Source: Acaryochloris thomasi RCC1774 (lineage in GTDB: Bacteria; Cyanobacteriota; Cyanobacteriia; Thermosynechococcales; Thermosynechococcaceae). Taken from it: DNA of 32,000 nucleotides. The position numbers and the translations under genes are program-made. The notes under the pieces were generated by a model, which saw only the letters and a program-made list of their open reading frames with translations, was not told the DNA's origin and did not search any database. Below are positions 16,697-24,197 of the stretch, piece after piece (positions within the stretch are counted from its first letter, which is position 1; the number at the start of each line of letters is the position of its first letter). Location: contig NZ_PQWO01000001.1 in the NCBI RefSeq assembly GCF_003231495.1, positions 210,001-242,000 of the forward strand. The letters run 5' to 3'.

Positions 16697-18445
16697 CTAT
16701 TTCAGGTTTGCTTCTAGCTTTTGCTTATCCCAGAGAGATTGATAAAGACCCGGTTTGCCGATTAGGTCTGTATGGGTTCCTTCTTGAACAATGGTGCCGT
16801 GGTCCATGACTAGGATGCGATCGCAAATGGCTGCCGCCGACATCTGGTGTGAAATGAACAACACCGTTTTCTGTTGATGGGCCAGTTCCTGCAAAATCTT
16901 GGTGGCCGTTTGATTATCAACGCTAGATAGCGAATCATCCAAAATCAAAATGGGCGCATCTAAAATCAAGGCTCGTGCTAGAGAGGTACGCTGTCGCTGG
17001 CCGCCGGAAAGCGTCACGCCCCGTTCCCCGACCAGGGTTTGATACTGTTTCGGGAACGTCAGTACGTCGCTCTGAACCTGAGCTTGCTTCGCCGCGTTTT
17101 CGACATCAGACTGCTCTTGATGGGGAACGCCATAGCGAATGTTGTTCTGTAGGGAGGTGCTGAATAAAAAGCTGTCTTGAGGAACATAGGCAATCGCGCC
17201 CCGGAGATCGTTGAGCGCCAGTTGCGTAATATCTTGACCATCAATGAATAACTGCTCTGCGGGGATATCGAGCAGTCGCGGAATCGCATTAGCAAGGGTT
17301 GATTTGCCCGACCCAATCGGACCCACCACCGCCACCATCTCACCGGGTTGAATCTCAAAGTTAACGCGATCCAGCGCTCGCTCTTTGCCGTAGTGAAACG
17401 TCAGATTACGAGCCGTCAGTTGCCCTTTGACCTCAGATCTAGGCAGCGGCAGGCTGTCGGGTCGGGTTTCGACTTTAGGCTGCACCGAGAGAATGGCTTG
17501 GATGCGGTCGATGCTCACCTCACCCCGCTGATAGGCCGTAATCGTGAAGCCCAAAATCGCGGTGGGAAAGATCAGCTGCTGGGCGTAGATCAGCAAAGAA
17601 ACAAAATCGCCAACGGAAATCGTGGCACTTGCGATCGCACGTCCACCAAAGAACAGCAGCACTAGCAAACTAATGCTAGCAAAGCCCCCCACCACCGGGA
17701 AAAGAATATTGCGCGTTTTCAGCAGAGCCACCTTGGCCTCGAGCAGCTCTTGATTGCGTGCCTCAAAGGCCTGCTGCTCCATCGGCTCTTGGGCATAGAT
17801 CTTAATCAGCGCCATCCCGCTCATGTCTTCTTGCACAAGCTGACTGAGTTCAGACAAAGAGTTCTGAACAGCGGCCTGCTGCTCCCGCAATCGGTGGCTA
17901 AAGACGTTCACCACAATCATGACAATGGGGTAGACCGCCAGGGTTGCCAACGTCAAACTGACGTCAATTTTCAGCATGTAGGGCAGCCGCAGCGCATAGG
18001 CAAAAGTCGTATTGGCAATGCTTAGGATTGAAAAGCCCACCAACCGCCGAATATTTTCGACATCGCTGGTGGCTCGGTTAATCAGATCGCCCGCGCTATT
18101 GGTGGCAAAGTAAGACGGCTCCAGGCGCAGCAAATGTTCAAAAATTCGCTGCTTAATATCAAACTCAACCAGACGACCGGCACCAAAAAGCCACATCCGA
18201 GAGGCCATCCGAATCACCCACATCACAGAAGCCAGCAGACAGAACTGTAGAACGTAGCCTCGTACCTGCTCCATGCTGAAAGCAATCTGTAGATCATCGA
18301 CAACCCGGCCGATCAACAGCGGCAGATAAGTCCCTAGACCATTGACAAGCAGCAGCGCAAAGACGCCCAAAAACACCTTCCTTCGATGCGGCTGCAAATA
18401 GCCAAGGAGAATTTTAAGGCGCTGCGGTTGTGGTTTAGCGGTCAT
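16697..18445 (-). CDS. ABC exporter, fused permease/ATPase half-transporter (MsbA/CydDC-like architecture)
   Basis: 582-aa ORF with a six-TM N-terminal domain. ATPase motifs are Walker A GPIGSGKST, the Q-loop, signature LSGGQRQR, Walker B LILDDSLS and H-loop ISHQ. Confidence 0.92.
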   Translation of the reverse strand: MTAKPQPQRLKILLGYLQPHRRKVFLGVFALLLVNGLGTYLPLLIGRVVDDLQIAFSMEQVRGYVLQFCLLASVMWVIRMASRMWLFGAGRLVEFDIKQRIFEHLLRLEPSYFATNSAGDLINRATSDVENIRRLVGFSILSIANTTFAYALRLPYMLKIDVSLTLATLAVYPIVMIVVNVFSHRLREQQAAVQNSLSELSQLVQEDMSGMALIKIYAQEPMEQQAFEARNQELLEAKVALLKTRNILFPVVGGFASISLLVLLFFGGRAIASATISVGDFVSLLIYAQQLIFPTAILGFTITAYQRGEVSIDRIQAILSVQPKVETRPDSLPLPRSEVKGQLTARNLTFHYGKERALDRVNFEIQPGEMVAVVGPIGSGKSTLANAIPRLLDIPAEQLFIDGQDITQLALNDLRGAIAYVPQDSFLFSTSLQNNIRYGVPHQEQSDVENAAKQAQVQSDVLTFPKQYQTLVGERGVTLSGGQRQRTSLARALILDAPILILDDSLSSVDNQTATKILQELAHQQKTVLFISHQMSAAAICDRILVMDHGTIVQEGTHTDLIGKPGLYQSLWDKQKLEANLK

Positions 18446-18673
18446 CTAGGGGCAATTCCCAGCTCTTGAAGTTTGGTCGCGATTCGCTTGACCCAACGCT
18501 ATAGCTAGAGAGGTATTGGTTAGGACCTTTTTTGACTGAAACCCATTTTGGATAAAGATTCAGTGTCTTAACCAGCCACTCGACCGCTATAAATCGGCTT
18601 CAAGTAATCTCGTGCCTAATTGTAGCGAACATAACCATATGTCCCTACAGCACCTTCGCGCCCCATGCCCCCG

Positions 18674-19282
18674 CTACTGAAAGTAAAAGGCCAGGAAGAT
18701 ATGAAACGCCAGCATCACCATAAAGAGACTGACAAAAATGATGTGACTCGATAGCCAAATCAGCCGCAGCCCGCGAATCAGTGGCCCCTTTGTAGTGGTG
18801 GGGAACACTTTCGCAACGGCACCTAGCTGCAGCGGTACCAAGCCAAAATATTTACGAGGCGATTCTAAAACACCCGTTTCAGCCACAACACCCATCAGTG
18901 CGGAGAGAGAGGTGCCCCAGAAAATCCAGAGGAAGATCATGTTGAAGTTGTCCCCCACCTGGCCGCCGGTATGAACCAAAATCATCGCGATCAGACCCAC
19001 GCCCAGGAAAATATGCAGGCTCCGCCACAGCACCATCGATCCTGGGATGCTGATTTTCCAGCGACGGCCTCGCTTTCGCACCGTCAACAGCATCTCCAAA
19101 ATCACAAAGGCCAGGGCGGTAAACCCTGTAATCATTTTATACAAGTCACCCTGCAAGGCCTCTAAGAGGTCAAAGGAATGCTCGCGCATTAACGGAATAT
19201 AGAGGGGACTAAACGCGAACGGCAGTAAAACGGCTGCCGTAATCAGCAGCAGAACAATGAGGGTTGAGAACTTGGGTTTCAT
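18674..19282 (-). CDS. Integral membrane protein with two H-X13-H pairs, candidate di-heme cytochrome b
   Basis: The ORF is open from GTG 19327, but ATG at 19282 (MKPKFSTLIVLLL) is the more plausible start. About 5 TM segments are present. Two of them carry histidine pairs 14 positions apart: SLHIFLGVGLIAMILVHTG and SSHIIFVSLFMVMLAFHIF. This is the bis-His ligation spacing seen in bc1 cytochrome b and ferric-reductase-type domains. It is the last gene of the heme operon. Confidence 0.55.
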   Translation of the reverse strand: MKPKFSTLIVLLLITAAVLLPFAFSPLYIPLMREHSFDLLEALQGDLYKMITGFTALAFVILEMLLTVRKRGRRWKISIPGSMVLWRSLHIFLGVGLIAMILVHTGGQVGDNFNMIFLWIFWGTSLSALMGVVAETGVLESPRKYFGLVPLQLGAVAKVFPTTTKGPLIRGLRLIWLSSHIIFVSLFMVMLAFHIFLAFYFQ

Positions 19283-19370
19283 ATCGTGGCCGTGAATAAA
19301 GCAGCGCAAAACCCCAAAGGGTTCCACGCTGCACCGTCAATATCACGGAGCCTGAGTCACCGATGTGAGC

Positions 19371-20021
19371 CTAGGCACCTTCCAGCGGAATGTTGATCAT
19401 GATGCCGCCCATGACATCGTCGAGCTTGAAGACCTTGTCGGGGTAACGCTCTTTGTGAATCGGGTGGGTGTTGTGGCAGGTGACGCAGGCCTCTGCCACA
19501 GCCTTATCAGGATAGAGAGCCGAGAAATACTTCTGGCCGCCGACCTCCTGATATTCCTTGTAGGGTTCTCCTGTTTCGTTCACTTGCTCAATGGCCGTTT
19601 GCTCAAAGTCACTCTTTGGCCCCTGATTGTCATTGATGTACCAGGAAGAGATTAGGTTATAGGTAAAGGTGCCATCTTCTGAGGCTATCTCAGACCCCAG
19701 CCGAAACATTTGGGCCGGTAGCGGAATCCCGTTGGTCTGCTCCCACCCTTCGGTGGCTTCAATCTCAAGGACACCATCGTCTTTGGGCTTGCCTTCTAGT
19801 TTCTTGGCCCGATTAACGACGTGCTTCGTGTAGGCTGTGCGGTCTGAAGCCAGTGCGGTATGAATATAATCAGCTACTAACTCGGGCTGAACGCCCCCGG
19901 CCTGTGTCTGGGCACCGCCACCGCTACAGGCTACGGCGGTGAAGCAAATAACAATCGCCAGGGCAAATAAACCTAGGGTTCGTTGACGAAATCGTCGGAT
20001 TTGTCTGTTCGCAGAAATCAT
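19371..20021 (-). CDS. DUF3365 / Tll0287-like monoheme c-type protein (possible lipoprotein)
   Basis: 216-aa ORF. The signal peptide ends AVACSGGG. DUF3365-like blocks are IPLPAQMFR and LISSWYINDNQGPKSDFEQTAIEQV, with a single CVTCH heme site and the C-terminal FKLDDVMGGIMINIPL. Confidence 0.8.
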   Translation of the reverse strand: MISANRQIRRFRQRTLGLFALAIVICFTAVACSGGGAQTQAGGVQPELVADYIHTALASDRTAYTKHVVNRAKKLEGKPKDDGVLEIEATEGWEQTNGIPLPAQMFRLGSEIASEDGTFTYNLISSWYINDNQGPKSDFEQTAIEQVNETGEPYKEYQEVGGQKYFSALYPDKAVAEACVTCHNTHPIHKERYPDKVFKLDDVMGGIMINIPLEGA

Positions 20022-20093
20022 GTCGTCTGTTTCCTCTCAAGTAATCAAAGTGAAGCTGAGATCCAGGGGCCGATGGTTATGCGTGCAGCGGCT

Positions 20094-20891
20094 CTAATTG
20101 CCCGACCGCTGTTTTTCTAGGGCGCGGACCATCTCTAGGGTTTGCAGGGATTCAGTGGGCGGTCGGGCAAAGTTGGAGGCCACTAGGTCATCATCGAAAA
20201 TGCTTTTGTAGGCGTATTCCATACCGTGACAGTTCATACAGACTTCTTTGACCATGCGATCGCGAGGCAACAGTGTATACGTGTTGTTGTGATTGACTTG
20301 AGTCGGCTTTCCACTGCCTGCGTCATGGCGCGGGAGATGGCAGGCCGCACAGGTTGTGGACTGTGCAGAGGGGCGAGGCAGCGTTCCTTCCTGCTGCCAG
20401 AGCTGGGCGTGTTTTGAGTTTTTGTAGTTGCGAGAATGATCGTCGTTGTGACAGCTTAGGCAGCTATCGACTGCTGCTGTTTGGGTCTTAACCGTGTGGA
20501 CATCGTGACAGGTGTTGCAGTTCATGACCTGGTTTTGGGCCTCAACTTTCATGGGCAAGTGGGCCATGGCAGGCGTCAGCGGCGACTCCCCCTCCAGCAG
20601 ACGAATGCCGTGCTTACCGAGCAAGAACGTATCCACCGCCTGTTCGTGGCAGGAGCGACAGCTCTCGTGGTCTGGCTGAGCAATAAACTGCTTGCTCTTT
20701 GAATCTTGATGGCAGCTAGAGCAGTTCACTTCGGCAAGGGCATGGGCACTTCCCTGCCAGCGTTCGGTGATCTCCTGAAGTTCAGCTTCTGTAGATGCTA
20801 TTGCATCTACAGAAGAGCCAAAAAACGGCTCTAGGAAAACGCCCCCCATAAGGCAGTACAGAGAAATGAGCAAGACACTCAGCACCTTCAT
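20094..20891 (-). CDS. Hexaheme c-type cytochrome (periplasmic/lumenal)
   Basis: 265-aa ORF with a signal peptide. Six CXXCH motifs are present: CSSCH, CRSCH, CNTCH, CLSCH, CAACH and CMNCH. Its start overlaps the upstream gene stop by 4 nt (ATGA). Confidence 0.9.
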   Translation of the reverse strand: MKVLSVLLISLYCLMGGVFLEPFFGSSVDAIASTEAELQEITERWQGSAHALAEVNCSSCHQDSKSKQFIAQPDHESCRSCHEQAVDTFLLGKHGIRLLEGESPLTPAMAHLPMKVEAQNQVMNCNTCHDVHTVKTQTAAVDSCLSCHNDDHSRNYKNSKHAQLWQQEGTLPRPSAQSTTCAACHLPRHDAGSGKPTQVNHNNTYTLLPRDRMVKEVCMNCHGMEYAYKSIFDDDLVASNFARPPTESLQTLEMVRALEKQRSGN

Positions 20892-21535
20892 GAGCGCCCC
20901 CCTTTGAACTCTTGCGATAAATCAGGTTTCGGGGCTGTTTGAACTTTCGTTGTCACCGTTCGCACGGGCAAAGCAGGCTGGGGCATAAAGTCAGGCTGAT
21001 CAAGGTTCTGGCGCAGAAATCCTGTGGAAATAGTGCGATGGTCATGGTAGTTGTGGCATCCGGCCGTCCAGCAGCCATCAGCGGTGAACCCATCGTGGCT
21101 TTTCAGATCACCCTCAATGATGCCCTGATGGCAAGCCATACAGAGATCGGGCTTTAGATTGACGCCCCGGCCAAACATATGGACGTGCTCGTTATGGCAG
21201 GTGGTACAGGTCAACGCAGCTATTTTTTCTAAGTCACCTGCCCATCGAGGATCACGGAACTTCTTCGCACCGTGGGCATCCGTCGCCATCTCGGCTTCGT
21301 GACAGCGCAGGCAGGTTTCATTGCTGACAGGTTTAAATCCTTCATGACAAGAGGCGCAAGAGGCTTCGAATAAAACGTGGCCATCCGAGGTTGTGCCCGG
21401 GAGAAACACCGTCTTGTGATCGGTGGCAAAGGCAGCCCCGAGCCAACAGGTCAACAGCAAGCAGAGCGTCACCACAGCCGTTTTGACACTCAACAAATTC
21501 CCGATGCGGAAACGTCTGCGGGTGTTGGCAGTCAC
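20888..21535 (-). CDS. Cytochrome c3-like pentaheme protein (4 x CXXCH plus 1 x CX4CH), N-terminally anchored or secreted
   Basis: 215-aa ORF. The GTG start is preceded by GGAGG 7 nt upstream. Heme motifs are CASCH, CLRCH, CTTCH, CMACH and CWTAGCH (21053-21073). The last resembles the CGTAGCH site of Desulfovibrio tetraheme cytochrome c3. Confidence 0.9.
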   Translation of the reverse strand: MTANTRRRFRIGNLLSVKTAVVTLCLLLTCWLGAAFATDHKTVFLPGTTSDGHVLFEASCASCHEGFKPVSNETCLRCHEAEMATDAHGAKKFRDPRWAGDLEKIAALTCTTCHNEHVHMFGRGVNLKPDLCMACHQGIIEGDLKSHDGFTADGCWTAGCHNYHDHRTISTGFLRQNLDQPDFMPQPALPVRTVTTKVQTAPKPDLSQEFKGGRS

Positions 21536-21549
21536 ACCGAGCCTCCGGT

Positions 21550-22620
21550 CTATACCAGCAGGGCGATCACGATCACGGCAATCACCCCCCCGGCAATGAG
21601 GGCGAGCAGACCTTTTTCACTACCCTCCTCTAAGTTCTCCGCAACGCTGGCCTTTGGCTCGCCTTCAGCATTCGCCATTGTGACCGGCTCTGCATGTGTA
21701 GGCGACTCAACTGCAGGCGGAGACGTTTCTAGCTGCACCTGCTGCTGGGTATAGTCTGCACCATCCAACATGATCTCAGTAATGGTGCCGTAGGCATCGA
21801 CCCAGGCCTCTTTGACCTCCGGTCTCCAGTCTTGACCGAGATACTGCTCAAAGGTCTTCAGCAAAGAGTTACCCACCAGCGGATAATGCTCTGGCAGTGC
21901 CCCATACTTTACATGGCGCGCCCCCAGCCCTCTCAAGCTTTTGCTCAGAACCTCAGGGTTACGCAAGTTCTCAATCACAAGCACCAAAGACTGCAGTAGC
22001 TTCTGCTCCTGCTCCTTCATATGGGTGTTCTCAAACAGCGGCTTCGCGGCTGGATAGTCGGTGAACAGATTTGTATAAAAACTACCGACAAACGCACTTG
22101 CCTCAGGCGTAATCTGGGCAAAACTCTTCTCCAGTAACTGCACCTGATGCTCGGCGGCATCCGGCTCAGCGACGCTAGGTGCACTCGCGCCTTCCAGCTC
22201 TAGATCCGCTGCGTTATAGTCTGCACCTGCGAGCATCGTTTCACTGATGGCTCCGTAGGCATCAACCCAGGCCTGCTTCACTTCTGGGGTCCAGTCCTTG
22301 CCGAGGTACTGCTCAAAGGTCTTCAGCAAAGAGTTACCCACCAGCGGATAATGCTGCGGCAGGGCACCATACTTCACATGGCGCGCGCCTAAGCCTTCCA
22401 GGGCGTCACCAAGAATCTCAGGGTTACGCAGATTTTGAATCACAAGCACGAGAGATTTAAGCAGCTTTGGCTTTTGCTCCTCCATTGCGGTGCCTGCAAA
22501 CAGCGGTTCAGCCGCAGGATAATCTGTGAATAAGTTGTCGTAGAAGCTAGTGACAAAATCATCAGCCATCGGCTTAATTTGGTCAAAACTACGCTCTAAT
22601 GTTTCTACTTGTAAAGACAT
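21550..22620 (-). CDS. Tandem (two-domain) Vitreoscilla-Hb/flavohemoglobin-type 3-on-3 globin with a C-terminal TM anchor
   Basis: 356-aa ORF with two copies of a globin fold (aa 3-135 and 158-290). Each aligns by eye to VHb: FY(D/T)NLFTDYPAA.PLF (B10 Tyr), EEQKPK/KEQEQK (E7 Gln), LGARHVKYG (F8 His) and HYPLVGNSLL...AWVDAYG. The C-terminal LLALIAGGVIAVIVIALLV is a TM tail. There is no N-terminal signal peptide. Confidence 0.85.
   Translation of the reverse strand: MSLQVETLERSFDQIKPMADDFVTSFYDNLFTDYPAAEPLFAGTAMEEQKPKLLKSLVLVIQNLRNPEILGDALEGLGARHVKYGALPQHYPLVGNSLLKTFEQYLGKDWTPEVKQAWVDAYGAISETMLAGADYNAADLELEGASAPSVAEPDAAEHQVQLLEKSFAQITPEASAFVGSFYTNLFTDYPAAKPLFENTHMKEQEQKLLQSLVLVIENLRNPEVLSKSLRGLGARHVKYGALPEHYPLVGNSLLKTFEQYLGQDWRPEVKEAWVDAYGTITEIMLDGADYTQQQVQLETSPPAVESPTHAEPVTMANAEGEPKASVAENLEEGSEKGLLALIAGGVIAVIVIALLV
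21751..22614 (-). repeat. Internal tandem duplication of the globin domain (period 465 nt)
   Basis: A 49-nt identical block tactgctcaaaggtcttcagcaaagagttacccaccagcggataatgct occurs at 21842-21890 and at 22307-22355. The flanking sequence is similar across roughly 400 nt per unit. Confidence 0.85.
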
Positions 22621-22900
22621 AGACTAGGAACGCTCCATCAGAAAAGATTGAGTCAGAAACATTGTTTTATGTATGCGTTGCAGGTCGATGATAGACACGT
22701 AAATCAAAGATCTAGGTCATATAAACCACCTACTCATGACCTGTCAGCTTGGTCAATACCTGAAGGAATTTCAACATTGTAAGCTACAGTTCATCTTGAT
22801 CAGAAGGTCTTCATACCTTAGACCTAAAACCTACTATTAAAGAAGGTTTACACCAATGAGATTTTATTTTTTAGACCTCTAATCTGAACAGTATTTGAAT

Positions 22901-22942
22901 AAGTTAAAGAAGGTTCCGGATCACATTCGTAGCTCTTGCTAC
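22901..22942 (-). promoter_or_regulatory. NtcA-type class II promoter architecture (GTA-N8-TAC, N22, TAN3T) oriented toward the globin operon
   Basis: Minus-strand read: GTAGCAAGAGCTAC (22942-22929), then 22 nt (gaatgtgatccggaaccttctt), then TAACTT (22906-22901). It lies about 280 nt upstream of the globin start at 22620. Confidence 0.35.
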
Positions 22943-23276
22943 TAAAAAAGAACATCCTTTGCAAATAAGGCATGAAAGAATTTCTTTTTTTGCATATCAG
23001 TGAAGATAGGAATAGAAATACAAAAGATGGCGGGAAAAAAGCTGTTGATAGACATAGTAATAAGATCACTATTTGCATCCAAAAACACGAATACAAATAG
23101 TGATTGAATGTGTACTCTTGAGCGCTAATTTTTTGCAGGTTATAGCCGTACGCAGCCGAGTCGAGGTAGCGAGTTACTGCTTTGGGTACCTCCGTTAGTG
23201 TGCCGCCACATTCCTCTGCCTAATTGTGGTGCACTGGAACGGTCCTATCTTCCCTGAGGTCACCAGCCACCAAGGG

Positions 23277-24197
23277 TTAAAGGTTTAAAGCCCGTCCACG
23301 TATCAGCGTTTGATGCTGCTGTTCAGAGAGTCCTTTCGCATTGGTAAAGACAGCGCCAGCAACCACACAGTCAGAAAAATCAACGTTTGTTAGAGTCGTA
23401 CTTTCCAAATTGGCATCTCGAAAATCTGCGCCGGTCACAGTTGCGTCTGAGAGGTCAGCTCCCTCCAAATTAGCGCTGTAGAAGGATGCTTCTGTCAGAT
23501 TGGCTCCCACAAGCTGAGTCTGCAGCAGCTCTGCATGGTCGAGGCTGGCTTGCTGGAGCTGAGTTGCCTGCAGAATTGCGCCCCGCAGCTTGGCGGCAAT
23601 GAGGTCAGCGTTAGTTAGATCCGCTCCCCGCAAATCTGCTTGCTGCAGAAGACAACGTTCTAGAGCCGCTCCCATCAGTTGAGCGTTGGGCAGTTGCGTC
23701 CCCTTGAGAACGGCATCATTTAGTTTTGCGCCGCGCAGATCGGCCTGCGGAAACTGTGCTGCTGTTAAATTAGCCTTCATTAAAATGGCGTCTCGGAAAC
23801 AGACGGTCTCTCCCTGGGCTTCTGTAAAATCAGCATGTTCCAAGATGGCTCTAGAGAAATCAGCCCGATCTAAGGTAGCTTTAGGAAGCTTGATGCCTGA
23901 AGCATTCACGGCCTGTAGCTGCGTTCCCTCTAGGTGAGCGGCGTTCAATAGCGCCTGTGAGAGGGTCGCCTGCTGAAAGTTCGCCCCTGAGAGCTTCGCT
24001 AACATCAAGGTCGCGGCGGTGAAGTTCGCGTGGCTGCATGAGGCTCCGGTCAGGTTTGCCAACCGAAGATAAGCTTGCTCAAACTGTCCCTGATCGAGCT
24101 GGGCGTTCTGCAAGTCAATATTGCTCAGTTCAGCGCCCTGGAGCGATTGCCCCTGCTGAACCTGGCTCTGGACTTCTGCCGCCGTCATGGTTGTCAT
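23277..24197 (-). CDS. Pentapeptide-repeat protein
   Basis: 306-aa ORF made almost entirely of A(D/N)LxG-type pentapeptides (ANLTGASCSHANFTAATLMLAKLSGANFQQATLSQALL...). No signal peptide is present. Its ATG at 24197 (or 24188) overlaps the 3' end of ccsA. Confidence 0.9.
   Translation of the reverse strand: MTTMTAAEVQSQVQQGQSLQGAELSNIDLQNAQLDQGQFEQAYLRLANLTGASCSHANFTAATLMLAKLSGANFQQATLSQALLNAAHLEGTQLQAVNASGIKLPKATLDRADFSRAILEHADFTEAQGETVCFRDAILMKANLTAAQFPQADLRGAKLNDAVLKGTQLPNAQLMGAALERCLLQQADLRGADLTNADLIAAKLRGAILQATQLQQASLDHAELLQTQLVGANLTEASFYSANLEGADLSDATVTGADFRDANLESTTLTNVDFSDCVVAGAVFTNAKGLSEQQHQTLIRGRALNL

Noticed and set aside
22848-23096. 82-aa minus-strand ORF (MYSCFWMQIVILLLCLSTAFFPPSFVFLFL...) in the AT-rich spacer
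   Set aside because: It is a Phe/Leu/Ser-rich translation of A/T runs with atypical composition compared with real genes here. It overlaps the candidate promoter. It is treated as non-coding, although a tiny membrane peptide cannot be excluded.
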